A DNA stretch of 64,000 nucleotides from Utricularia gibba (Eukaryota; Plantae; Magnoliophyta): assembly GCA_002189035.1 (NCBI GenBank), contig CM007991.1, positions 3,038,001 to 3,102,000 of the forward strand, given 5' to 3'. Each line of letters starts with the position of its first letter. The stretch's first letter is position 1. Under the pieces are notes generated by a model. The model did not search any database. It had not been told where the DNA came from and saw only the letters and a list, made by a program, of their open reading frames with translations. Below are positions 1 to 13,856 of the stretch, in pieces. The translations under genes and the position numbers were made by a program.

Positions 1-780
1 TGGGGCATCACAAAGAAAGCTTATAGAAAAAGGTAAGGGATGTTTTAAAAAAATGAATATTCCATTAAATAAAGGTGAATGCCATTAAATTTTTGACAGG
101 GGCTTAAGATGATTCTACCCGCAATAAGGCTTGTGGGCCAACAGATTTCTTTAGTTCCTTCATGTGAATTCATTATCTCATCTTCATGCTCTTTCTGCAG
201 CTGAATGGCCTTCCTTTGAGAACTGGAGTCTGTAACAAGACTTGAAAATTAAGCACCAACATTAACCTTTCTTGCGGCCAACCATATCTCGGCATTATTT
301 TCACTTACTGGGAATCACAGGAAAATCACCATTACAAATTCGGTTGCTGGATGCAGCGATCCCATTTTTAATAACCTGGAACATCGAATCCACCGCAGAG
401 AAAAGAAGAATTATTCATCAAGTTCTTATGTTTACTGAACCACCATGCATCAAAACCCCGAATATAATAAAAGATACAAGTCTACAGACCAACAATTCTG
501 CACCCAATTTCAAAAACAAAGCAAAACAAAACATACGGCCAATTATAAGCCGAATGACGGCACAAACCTCCCCAGAGCATGATTCAGGAATTGTCGTACA
601 CTTCTGATTTGGCCTCAAACAACTCCCCCGACGCTTTTTGCTACTGACATTGAAGTCGGCTTCACTGATCGCAATAGCCACTCTATCTTTATTGCAATTC
701 TGCGCTCCTTTGATGCAATTCCCCTGTTGAGGAAACAATGTAGACTGAACCAGCCGCCTCCTAACCTCCCTCCCTTCCAT
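1..780 (-). CDS. 5' exons of an uncharacterised gene running off the window start (N-terminus tentatively resembles plant ATAD5/ELG1-like AAA ATPases)
   Basis: ATG at 780 opens MEGREVRRRLVQSTLFP; exon 1 ends at a GAG|GTTTGT donor (568) and exon 2 starts after TTCCAG (375). The family guess rests only on recall of the RRxLVQSTL motif, and downstream exons are unresolved. Confidence 0.4.
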
Positions 781-1268
781 AACCGATATAAGACCTGAAT
801 TGCAGGTGGGCACCTTCAATTCTTCAGAAAATTGCAGGTGGATTGGGCAAAAAAGGAATACTGCTTCAACTGTAGTATTGGTTATACGATTCCATGCAGA
901 GTATTATCAAATCTATGATTTATACGAATCTGGAATTTTCAGCGCTAGAAGACGGACTCTCCCGCGCCATCTAAAAAATACACAGATTTCAATCCATTCT
1001 TTTGATTCCATTCTCCTCCCTCTCAAGCAAACAAAAAGTTCCGAGCCCAGAACGATTGGGCCATAGTTAAAAGTTGGCCCAACTATAGAATGCTATTTTT
1101 TGAAGATGAGAAAAAGAAAAAAAAGAGCTATTTTCAGGGAGGGGGTCGGAATCTCTGCATTTCCATTTCGCAACCGTGCATCCGCGAGTTTTCACGGCGT
1201 CGTTGGCGATCTTCCACCGAACAGTAGTGTATTTATTAAAGATTAAAAGGAACCGACGCAATTAAGAG

Positions 1269-2784
1269 ATGGTGGTTGAATCGTTTGCGGAAAGCGGGAA
1301 ATCATTGGCGGCGCCGGCGATTTTCCTCCTCGTGTTGGTTTTCAATGTCGGCTACAAGTATATTGAATTATGCAAGAAGAAGGTAAGTCGTGATTAGTCA
1401 TCATTTTGGTTGTAAATTTTTTAGAATACAATCGAAGTAGAGAAATTGATGATATTCAGAAGTTATCATGTGGTGGTAAGTTTCTACGGTTTATACAGTT
1501 TTGTGAGGTGTGTGATGCAGAAAATGGCGATGAGTAATTCTGATATACAACTGCAAGCAGAAATTAAAGAGCTTCTGAGGGAGGCTAATTCCTTGTCACA
1601 GTGAGTCATGGAATTTCTTCAAAGCTCACTGCAGATTGTGAATAATTTCATTTAATTTAGTTGAAGATGATAATCTAAGTACTTACTTCGCGTGTCATCA
1701 TCTAATGGAGTACATGATCAGTAATCCGTTTTGAAACTAACGAGTTTGGAATTGGAAACTAGAATTCACGTGTGTTCCTGGGGCTAGAATGCTTTCATAC
1801 GAAGAGCACAATGGCTAGGATGATGATTTTCTTACTGTGATTGTTTATCCTTCACTTCAGACCTTCAACTTTTGCACAAGCTGCAAAATTGAGAAGACAG
1901 GCAGCAGCGAAGGAGAAGGAACTTGCCAAAAGTAAGGAGCTCTTTCATGCAGTGGTTTCTCTATGTCGTTACAGACTTAGTAGCATTTGGAAATTTGTGG
2001 AGGTGGTTTTTGTTCTTCTGGAATTGCTTTAGTTTTTCCGCCTACGTAGTATGCCGATATTCATCCAATGGGCTTCCATAAGTTCAAGATTATGTTTCAA
2101 AAACATGCTAACATGAAAACCTAGGCACAGTTCTTCTGATCCTGTAATATTTGAAGACTGAGTTAATATTTTTTTCTTCTTGATGTCATGCTGTATTTAC
2201 ATTTATTGGGCATGGCCTTGCAGATCAAGAATTGCATGGGAAGGACGTAGAATCTTCATTTGGTAGATACAGGACACTTATAATGAGATCACAGGTCAGT
2301 ATCAAAGAAGTACGCCGTGTTGCCAGCATCATCCTCTGAAATTCAATAAACAATATCTGAATGTTCTCTTTGCAGATCATTACCTACATCATCCTGATTC
2401 TATGGTTTTGGCATACCCCAGTGACCACAGTATCAAATGAACTAGTAAAACCTTTGGGTAATAAGCTCTCCCATTACTATTTGCATTCCTTTTCCCATCA
2501 CTGCTAATGCTCTCCATTCTTCTCATAACCTCTCCCGTTACTTTCCAACATATTTCCAGTAATCGCCACAACACTTTGATACTCCTTTTCTGTATCAGGT
2601 GGCTGGCTGTCCTGGAAGGCAGGATCATCTCATGTTGCTGTAATATGACATATGCTTTTAAATCACTTCTTATTTTGTTCCATGGCCCTGATGGCTCATG
2701 ATAATAATGCAGGTGGGGATCATACCTTGGCTGATACTCTCCACCAGGGTTAGCATCTTCATCTGCCGTAAGGTAGGGAGCTGA
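1269..2784 (+). CDS. GET1: Tail-anchored protein insertion receptor GET1/WRB
   Basis: Manually spliced exons with GT-AG junctions give MVVESFAESGKSLAAPAIFLLVLVF...PSTFAQAAKLRRQAAAKEKELAK...VGIIPWLILSTRVS; the coiled-coil and TM layout match plant GET1. Confidence 0.88.
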
Positions 2785-4050
2785 TTCATCGATCAGCAGT
2801 TACTCGAATTCCCTGTTCAATGCTTAGCTTCTCTGTCCAACCAGGCCTTGGGTTAGCTCATCCAATGGACCTCCGGCTCGAGTCGCCAAATGCGGGATTT
2901 GGATCCGTCAGCTCATGCACTTGAACTCACCTTGATCATCAGTTTTGTAGTCCATACAGATCCCATCCCAAGCCTTCTTTTTCCCGCTCTCATCCCAGTT
3001 GCTGCTCTGTCCGTGACCAAAAGCGGAAGGTTACCTCATCCCACACATCTACCTGATAAGAAGCCTGCAAATGGGAAGTACACATCAACTGGTTGGGCCA
3101 AAAAATGATCCGATAATCCCAACTTGCAAATCGTAAAAGAGTCCGGAAAATTAGTCTTTTTAACGATTAATAAAAAATGGGTTAATTCGAATTTTGATAA
3201 TCGAAAATTAGAAAGATTTAATTGGGCAATCATAATTTATGTTATCTGTTTTTCTTGATACTTAATATTCTTATATTTATTATGACATGGGAATAAAAAT
3301 AATGATTAAAAATAATACTTATACTGTTAATGAATAGTGTGTGAATATGATATTACTTTTTTTAAATAGATTATTTTATACGATAAATGAATTCATATTT
3401 ATTTAATAAAAAATTTATTACAGAAAATTTTAAAAATACACATTATTTAATATTACGTAAATTGTATAGAATATTAATTTTCAAAACAAAAATGGTGCAT
3501 TTTGTTTTTTGTGTTTTGTTTTTTCCATTAGGTGAAAAGGTCGGCTAGGGATATGATATGGGCTCCGCATCCTTTTCTGACGTGTCACGTGGGGGTGCGC
3601 CACAGAACATGATCCTCCCCTCACTGCTTTTTCCGATGTGGTTTTTCAGCTTCTGCCTTTCTACATGGGAATAGGCATAGTGCAAGCCTTGAAATTTAGT
3701 TTCGGGTATTCCGCAATGGTTACGAACGATATAAAATATATAATTAAATAGATAGATTCTCGTAATCTTATATAAAAATTATAAGATTGAGTATCGAAAA
3801 AAGGATAATATAGTGGGGGTGGTGAGAGTGGAGGGAAGGGTCCTTAGTCATGTGAGAAGTGTTGGTGCCTGCCTGCGATGGGGACAAAAGAGAGCCGAAA
3901 GGTCTCAACCCCCGGTGGATTATCAGATGCGGGTGCACCTTCAAAATCGAGCATTATTACCAGGAAAAGGTAGAATGAAGCAACACAACAGGACAAGAGA
4001 GAGAGAACTGCACCCTCGTGGGGTGTAGGGTGCGCAGAGTAGCTATCTGG

Positions 4051-6051
4051 TCAAAGCTTGGGGCACTGGTAGCACTTGGTGAAGAGCCCGAAGGTGTGAA
4101 CCTGGTGGACGAAGTTGATCATGCTCGCCCACCCTCCCAGTCCGAACCCAACGATGAGAACCCACACCACTACGAACATGTTGATGGAGAACAACCCCGC
4201 CCATCCTCCCAGCAGCCTGGGAGCTCTCTCCACTGCGTTCTGTGGAAGAATGGTGGCTGGTGATGATGTTCTGTAGCGAGATTGCATGTGTTGTGTACGT
4301 ACCTCTCTTGCAGAAGGCGTGGCGAAGGTGGCCATGTGTGCTAGAGCGGGAATAATGTAGACAGTGAAGCTGACGAGGAGGGATCCCACGGTTGAGTTGA
4401 TTGGGCCGAAGAAGGGGAAGATGATCGCCAGGAACCATATAGGCATCACCACGGGGAGTCTGGCCAAGGCGCGCTTGAACAAGCTCTTCGTCCCATGCAC
4501 GCCGATCAGCTTCTCCCACACCATGTACAGAGGGGTGCAGGCGAATCCAAAAGTTATGAACTGGAGGCAAAACGAGGCATGTTAGAGTAAAGCGGAAGGC
4601 CTTTTAGCAAAAAGGGAACTGTTCTTGCTTGATGAATGAGCATGAGGATGACAGCAGCGTCCCGGAAGCCGGTTCTGGGTAGCAGGGCCAATGCATTGGA
4701 TCTGTTGAGGAGCATATCCCCGAAGGCCCAGTACACGGCACTGGCAGATGGGAGGGTGATGGTTAGCACGTACACCGTGGCCATCAAATAGATTAGCTTG
4801 AACTTCTGAGGTTTCCACATCGCATGCATTACTTCCCTGAATCCACAATCTTCAGTTACAATTTCATCATCAAGCTTGAAATTCAACGGGAGAGTTTGCA
4901 GAAGCTCACACTGTGACAGCATGCCCACCAAAGGTGTAAAGGATGTTGGTAGCCCCTGTGAAATAGAGGACAGCTTTCGTGGGTCCAGAGTGCTTCACCC
5001 CTTCAACCTTTTCAGTCAAACTGAAATGGATCAGTAACATCTAAAACGCCTTTTTGAGGACATTTCAAGAATGGCGAGGAGGAGGAGGACCTGGCCATGG
5101 ATGAGAGAAGCAATGGTGAGGTACCATGCTGTATAAGTTGTCATGGTCAGGCCTAAGAATGACCAGATCCTGTAGTTGTGGAATGAAGGAATAAACACAG
5201 TTGTAGCACAGCATGCCCCGAATATGTAGGTCCAAGTTCTCTTATCAAGATTATCATTTATGTAGTAGATGTTGCTGCCATGAGAAAGAGTTTTGAAGAA
5301 ACTGTCAAGTACGGTCTCTGAATCACATTGGAGGAGGAAGTAGGCAGTGGAAGGAAGAGAAAAGAAAAAGAGAAGAAATTTCCCTCATGAAGAAGGTTCA
5401 TGAAAAAAGTGCTACCTTGCACATGCAATGAGCTGAATCACTGATCCGAAGAGAAGAAAAGTGCAGTTGAAGAAGAGGCCTACGTTTCTCCAGTGCTTCC
5501 CCAGAAGCCCATCTAGAACTTCGAACCACTGTACCAACATAAAATTTCTCTCAACAACTGGATAAAGAAATTGGATGTTGTAGTGGCAAGGGATGAACAA
5601 GAACTACCTGAATGACATGATTTCTGAAATCAACCTTCTCTCTCTCCTTCCTGGTTCTGTACTCAATGTAAAGAACGCTGATAAGATAGGCAGTCCAGCT
5701 GCCCATCATCGCGTAGAACAGCTGAAAGACAATCCCAGAAACCAACCCAAGTTGAGAGAAAGAATAAGGAAGTGTGAGCAGCACTTGAGCAACCTGCAAT
5801 TCAGAAACAAGAACACATGGGAAGATAATGTGTTAAAAGTTATCCATCCATATATTCATGTAAGAAAACTATTTGCAGCTAACCTGATTAGAAGCACAGC
5901 TGAACCATGCATCATATACAGAGCCACCATGCCAAAGAATCTTTGACAGTTTGCTTTTGAGATTCCCAGATTTTCTGCCAGATGCTCCCTCGTTGCCTTC
6001 CATTTCCACATAGTTTCCCGCTACTATAGTCTCCACCCTTTCTGAAGCCAT
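4051..6051 (-). CDS. LAX3: AUX1/LAX auxin influx carrier, LAX3-like
   Basis: MASERVETIVAGNYVEME...WHGGSVYDAWFSCASNQVAQVLLTLPYSFSQLG...FGLFTKCYQCP. All exons join in frame; one intron has a GC donor (4628). Confidence 0.93.
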
Positions 6052-7320
6052 AGAGTATCGACTGCAAGGGAAAAAAACCGACTCTTATCTTAAAGTGCTT
6101 GCACATGTGCACATTATAAAGACCATTTCCACAAAAGAAAGACTGTGTCATGACCCGCCAGCCTATTTTTTCTCAACTTAAATTAACTCCATGTCCTTTT
6201 CGATAATTATTTATGGAGGAGGACAAACCACACGTCCAACCATGAACATGAGAAGATTTTCGATATAGGAATCCAGCTAACATTCAAAAACCTGATATTC
6301 AAAAACCTGATAATACAATGAGGTCAGTTGGCCAAGAATAGCCTACTTGGAATTTTGAAACAAAGAGCTAATGATATACTGGATCCTTAGAAGCATCCAA
6401 AATGTATACCCAATGAAGGTAACCAGAAGAAGGATAGAAGAGCAAAGCATGAACAGAAAATCAGATGGGCAACCCAACTTGGTTTCCACGTGTTGATTAA
6501 TAGCAGCATAACGTCATTTAAAACTAGAACAACTACATTATACTATTAGGAAAGCACTTCCACTTCACCTAGCCTCGTACTATGCATCTTTTCAAAAGCA
6601 CTTCCACCTCAATACTATAATGAATTTGCCAAAGTATGAATAATTAAAAACAAACAGAGTTTCCATGATACTGAAATCTAATCACATTCCATCGGTTGCA
6701 TAATAGAAGGCATAAAATTTTAATCTGTATAAACATGAACAGGGAGCGACAGCTTACAATCTGTGTTCGTTTGGAACAATAATCATCAACGAATAATATG
6801 GGATTAGTTACACCAAAGTGAGTAGACAGCTTCTGTATTGCAAAGTATGAGTAACTTTTTACTCATATTGCCCACGGAGCAAGACAGGCAACAAAAGAAA
6901 GGCGCGTGATCTCACACTAACACCAGAATCACGCCTCATTGCTAGAAAGCAGCAGACATGGAATTCAACATTTGACCAACTTAAAGCCAGTCCCAGGGCC
7001 AGCTAACACTTTCTTGAGATGGTGTTCAACGAGCAGGTGAATAAAGTTATGATTGAACCCCTGTGCAAGAGTGATTCAGGGATTCTTTTTGAACAATGCT
7101 CCCGAGGCTTTAACAAGAGTATTCCTTTCGACCAGAACAGCATGTTTCTAGAGTATAAAGATATAGCATCCAGTTAGATCAATCTAAACCAGTTCATTAT
7201 GTATACGATTCAATATGCCAACCATTAAACAACTTATAAGAAATACAAGACAGCCCATTCGAAATGCAGTGCAATACATTTGGTAGCGCAGGATATACAA
7301 ACAAAGGGCCCAACACCGGT

Positions 7321-7806
7321 TCAGTAGAGTGGGGGAGGCTGGTAGTAGTTGTTGAACGGCAGATGACGAACGGGTGGATGGGGGTGAAGATGCCAAGCAG
7401 GTGGCGGCGGAGGCGGAGGCGGGGGATACAGATAATGAGGGAATGGGGGAGGAAAACCTGCAGTGGAAACGTACTCGGAGGGCTTCGGCTTTTCGCTTTC
7501 TGTTGGTGCTGGCATAATAAGATTGTTCGAGCATTGCCCATATTGAAACCATTGAAGCTCTAGTCTTCTCCAGTATCCCAGTCTATTCAAGAGAATTCTC
7601 GGGTTCGCTATTCCGGATATCTCCACTACCCCGTTTTTGTCCATCTTGAATCGGGCTCCTGTGATTGAATCAATCACTTTCAGAGCTCATTGCGCGTTTT
7701 CAAACAATAAAAAAACAGACACGCTCCTACCCTGAAATCTCTTCGCAACGGATTGCAGAGCGTTTTGCCATCCTACTACGCGAGGATTCACTTTGACAAC
7801 TACGGT
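7321..7806 (-). CDS. Heavy-metal-associated (HMA)-like domain protein lacking CxxC, with a Pro/Tyr/His-rich tail; start-codon exon unresolved (upstream, up to about 8045)
   Basis: Exon 7806-7731 encodes TVVVKVNPRVVGWQNALQSVAKRFQ; exon 7658-7321 encodes GARFKMDKNGVVEISGIANPRILLNRL...PPPPPPPP. The exon phases and beta-alpha-beta-beta-alpha pattern are typical of HPP/HIPP genes; there is no C-terminal CaaX. Confidence 0.62.
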
Positions 7807-8311
7807 CTTGATGTTGAAGAACACCCCACAACATCATCAGGAAACAAATATACAGCAAGCAGATAAAATGAATGATAACTAACCACGAAGGCTTGTTCTT
7901 CATGCACCCCAGGCGACCGGTCCAGGGGAAACGCCAGCGCTGAGCAAAGCTTGTCACACACAACTGTTAACCCGTTAAGGATCTTCCTACCTATTTTCAT
8001 CTTCTTGTAACGCATTTTTGGTGGCTGGAATGTGAAACCCATCACTCACAAAACTTCCTTTGAACTAACTGAGGGGGGAGAAGAGCATATTAATAAATGA
8101 TGATCGGAATCTTTAACATGGAAATGATTCCGAGAGATTTTCCGTTTACAATCACAATTTTGAAGTTTAATGCGTGTATCCCGTACTGAACTGGAGAAAA
8201 ATTGGCATATCTTCCTCCCAAAGAAAAAGGAGATGATACCGTCCATCAATTGAGCTCGCAATCGCAGCGCAGGCACCGCCGGCGCCGGCGCCAGCATACC
8301 ATACTCCATGA

Positions 8312-8510
8312 GGCCCATGGTGGGCTTTCGTAGTCGAGGTGGTGTGGGCCTCAAGCCCAATTACATATTAAAGTATCTGGGCAAGTGCTACTTTACTTTA
8401 GGCTTGGAGTTATTATTTCCAGCCCAACTTGTGCTTCCAACGAAACACTGACGTCCGGCCCATGCAGGTTTGCAGCTCCCCTTCACTCGCCAACTATGGC
8501 GGAAACCCTA
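8312..8510. promoter_or_regulatory. Site II (TGGGCY) cluster plus telo-box in the divergent HMA-like/PPR promoter region
   Basis: GGCCCA/TGGGCY/AGCCCA at 8312, 8321, 8345, 8354, 8421 and 8457; AAACCCTA at 8503-8510. Confidence 0.5.
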
Positions 8511-8985
8511 GACCCGATTGAGCCGGATTCCTCCTGCCTCGGCTCCTTTCTCGAGATGCCAACGTCATCACTGGCATGTTCAATCATTTCGCTGGTTCCG
8601 CAATCCAGATTTCTTGAGGTTGTTTTAGGAGTTGATAAAGAAATCAACTTTTGATATCGGTGGTAGGCGCGGAGCTTCTCGCTGGCGCACTGTTTTCTGT
8701 AGCAAACAAGATGCTGATGAACTACTCCTGTTGCCTAAGTAAATCCCAGCATCCAGCAATTCGATACGTGATCGCATTGTGTTGGCTAATCTATTTATCT
8801 AACTCCGTCATAGAACGGGTTTGCTCCCGTATGCGCCTCTCCTCTATCTCTATTCGCTTATCTTCGTATGAAATGCTTATGTGCATTAGGCCTCATTCTG
8901 GTCTGAGAACAGGCTCAAGGGACTAATCAATACCCATAAGCCTTCCTTTTCTTTGAAAGGTGGATTTGGGTCAAGGACTGGTTAA

Positions 8986-11220
8986 ATGAATTGTTCATCC
9001 ACTAGACTGCTATATTTTTTGAGATATCCCACGGCTGTTATATCTAGCTCTCAAGCCAAACAGTTACATGCTCATTTTATCAAAGCAAAAGGATCAAGAG
9101 CTTCATTTGATAATTTTGCTAGTGTCATTCTGTCGTTGTACGCCAAATTTAATCTTTTAACGGACTCCCTTTTACTATTTAATGCCTTACAGTCACCTCC
9201 CTCTTCCAAGGCCTGGAAATCCATGATCAGATGTTGTGCATCGACTGGAGACTTTGTGGAGTCCATGAGTTTTTTCAAGAGAATGGTGGCAGCTGGGAAG
9301 ATACCTGACAAGAATGTTTTCCCCTCATTGCTGAAAACTTCTGCACATCTAAAGCACTTGAGCCTAGGAGAGTCGGTGCATGGCTGTGCCATCAAGCTTG
9401 GGTTGGATTCTGACCTCTTTACTGGGAATTCATTGATGAGCATGTATGGGCGATTGGATTCATTGCGCGTTGCCAACATAACTGACGATGGCTCACAATT
9501 GAAGCTTTCACCAACTGGAAGTCAGTTGGTGCCTGTTGATAAGGAAGTCATCTTGCGTGGTACTTTGGGGAGACAGTTGGATTATATCCCTGAGATGAGA
9601 GCAATGTTTGGTAGTTCAGAGGATAGAACACCAACAGCAGCTTTTCCTGGGGATTCTGTAACCAAAGTTTTTGAATCCATGCCAGTTAGAGATGTTGTCT
9701 CGTGGAACACTGTAATTGCAGGATATGTGGAACGTCGCATGTACAGTGAAGCTTTGTCAAGTGTGAGGGGTATGGGAAAGGCGGGAATGAAGCCTGATTC
9801 TTATACTCTGTCTAGTATTCTTCCCATTATTGCTCTTTCCGCTGATGTCTTGAAAGGAAAAGAGGTTCATGGATACGCAGTTAGACATAAATATGACAAA
9901 GACGTATTCATTGGAAGTAGTTTGATTGACATGTACTCAAATTGTTCAAGGATCAATGATTCACATGCAGTCTTCCACCAATCCTCTCAAAAGGACAGCG
10001 TCTCTTGGAACGCAATGATAGCATCTTGTGTCCAGAATGGAAAGTTCTATGATGGATTAAAAGTGTTCAGGGATATGATATTGGCTAATGTCAAGCCTGT
10101 AGCAGTTTCATTTTCAAGTGTTCTTCCAGCTTGTGCACAGTTGAGCACAGTGTCTTTAGGTAAGCAGCTTCACGACTACATAATCCGGCATGGCTTTGAT
10201 GCCAATATGTTTGTTGCAAGCTCTCTAATTGATATGTATGCTAAGTGTGGTAACCTGAAGATTGCAAGATGGCTTTTCAACAGGATGGAGTATCGAGATA
10301 CAGTTTCATGGACAGCCATCGTAATGGCGTATGCATCACATGGTCATGGTCATGAAGCGATTTCCCTCTTCAATCAGATGCAGATGGAGGGAGTAAAACC
10401 CAATTCTGGCTCCTTTCTTGCTGTTTTAACAGCTTGCAGCTATGCTGGATTTGTGGACGAAGGTTGGAAGTATTTTCATGGTATGACTCGGGACTATGGT
10501 ATCTCTCCAGGCGTAGAACACGTTGCCTGCATCTCAGATCTTCTTGGACGAGCTGGGAAGTTAGAAGAAGCATATGAATTTATCACTGCATCCCCTATCC
10601 AAACGGGAGCCACTTGGTCTACCTTGTTGTCTGCATGCAGAGTCCACAAGAATGTTGAACTTGCTGAAAAGGTTTCCAAACAAATGCTCATGATTGACCC
10701 TGACTACGCGAGCGTGTACATCCTCTTAGCCAATGCTTATGTTGCCGTCGGCAGATGGAAGGATGCTGCAAAGTTGAGAAAGAGCATGAAAAAGAAAGGG
10801 GTGAAGAAGAGCTTAGCTTGCACCTGGATTGAAGTGAAAAGCAAGGTACATGTTTTCATATCTGGAGACGAAAGCCACCCGGAATATACAGCAATCAAAG
10901 AAACACTAGAAGATATCATGCAAAGGATCGAAGCCCAGGGGTACATCCCGGACACTGGTGCTGTCCTGCATGATGTCGATGAGGAGGAGAAGGGACAGTT
11001 GCTGTCTGCTCATAGTGAACGGATTGCTATTGCATTTGGGGTGATGAGTACCCCAGAAGGGACCACAATTCGAATGAGTAAGAATCTCAGGGTGTGTGTG
11101 GACTGCCACAGTGCCTCCAAGTACATGTCTAAGATATTAAAAAGGGAGATCATTGTTCGAGATCTCACCAGATATCACCATTTCAAGGATGGCAGTTGCT
11201 CCTGTGGAGACTACTGGTGA
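8986..11220 (+). CDS. PLS-class pentatricopeptide repeat protein with E/DYW domain (At3g23330-like), putative organellar C-to-U editing factor
   Basis: Intronless 744-aa ORF with repeated xSWNxxI PPR motifs, HSERIA (HxE) and CVDCH (CxxC) deaminase motifs, ending in DYW. Confidence 0.95.
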   Translation: MNCSSTRLLYFLRYPTAVISSSQAKQLHAHFIKAKGSRASFDNFASVILSLYAKFNLLTDSLLLFNALQSPPSSKAWKSMIRCCASTGDFVESMSFFKRMVAAGKIPDKNVFPSLLKTSAHLKHLSLGESVHGCAIKLGLDSDLFTGNSLMSMYGRLDSLRVANITDDGSQLKLSPTGSQLVPVDKEVILRGTLGRQLDYIPEMRAMFGSSEDRTPTAAFPGDSVTKVFESMPVRDVVSWNTVIAGYVERRMYSEALSSVRGMGKAGMKPDSYTLSSILPIIALSADVLKGKEVHGYAVRHKYDKDVFIGSSLIDMYSNCSRINDSHAVFHQSSQKDSVSWNAMIASCVQNGKFYDGLKVFRDMILANVKPVAVSFSSVLPACAQLSTVSLGKQLHDYIIRHGFDANMFVASSLIDMYAKCGNLKIARWLFNRMEYRDTVSWTAIVMAYASHGHGHEAISLFNQMQMEGVKPNSGSFLAVLTACSYAGFVDEGWKYFHGMTRDYGISPGVEHVACISDLLGRAGKLEEAYEFITASPIQTGATWSTLLSACRVHKNVELAEKVSKQMLMIDPDYASVYILLANAYVAVGRWKDAAKLRKSMKKKGVKKSLACTWIEVKSKVHVFISGDESHPEYTAIKETLEDIMQRIEAQGYIPDTGAVLHDVDEEEKGQLLSAHSERIAIAFGVMSTPEGTTIRMSKNLRVCVDCHSASKYMSKILKREIIVRDLTRYHHFKDGSCSCGDYW

Positions 11221-11477
11221 AGCCTGTAAAGCTACAGAGAGTTCTCCGTTTTAGGTTCAACTCAGTTCATCAAAACCCAGCCAAGGAGCAAGCTCAAACA
11301 ACAGTAGAGACGCCACACAGCTACCTAAGTCGCCTTTCTAGGCATCAAACCATCACTATAAGAAGCGTGATGGGACACGAGCTGAACATGGAACAAAGCC
11401 CATCTTCGGTTTTGGGATGATAGTACAGGGAACAAATATGTGCCACACTGCTATTACCAAACTGATGCACCTGTTCC

Positions 11478-13422
<1,945 letters not shown>

Positions 13423-13856
13423 TTCTCCCGTATAGTATGGGGTCGAGCGATCGAAAATAAAGAACCTGAACCCAAGTTGCCCATTTTATATTAAGTGATC
13501 TGTATTTCACTGAAGCTGCTATCCCCCAAGTTGCCGGCATGAAACCAGTGACATTAGAAGATGAGTTACATTCAGATCCTGCAACATATAAAACAAGCTT
13601 CTCACTGAGGGCTTGTGCTCAGGAGGTTCCGTTCGTTTCTGTGTTCACCAATTTGTAAAGCTCTCACACTTGCCAATACCCATCATCACAATTCAACTAC
13701 AAGCTTTGTGAAAGGAATAAGAATGTGGTAAGGAAAACCGGGAAGAACGAATGACAATATAGACATGGCTGTGTATACAAACGAATGTGCTAATATCCTG
13801 CTCATTTTTTGGGCCTTCCTGTCTTCTGCTTCTTACCTTCCAGGATTCATTGCTCA

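Noticed and set aside
2790-3600. Site II/ACGT motifs and minus-strand donor-like sites between the GET1 and LAX3 3' ends
   Set aside because: No coherent ORF or exon chain could be assembled, and the motifs are few and scattered.
4282-4344. In-frame stop-free introns (LAX3 last intron, 63 nt; MPK6 intron 1, 78 nt) that make ORFs appear continuous
   Set aside because: They have canonical GT-AG ends at conserved junctions, and short 3n introns are often stop-free by chance; there is no evidence of retention.
6287-6610. Short direct repeats (AAAAACCTGATA twice; AAAGCACTTCCAC twice) upstream of LAX3
   Set aside because: At 12-13 bp, with no spacer periodicity or TE structure, they look like ordinary local duplications.
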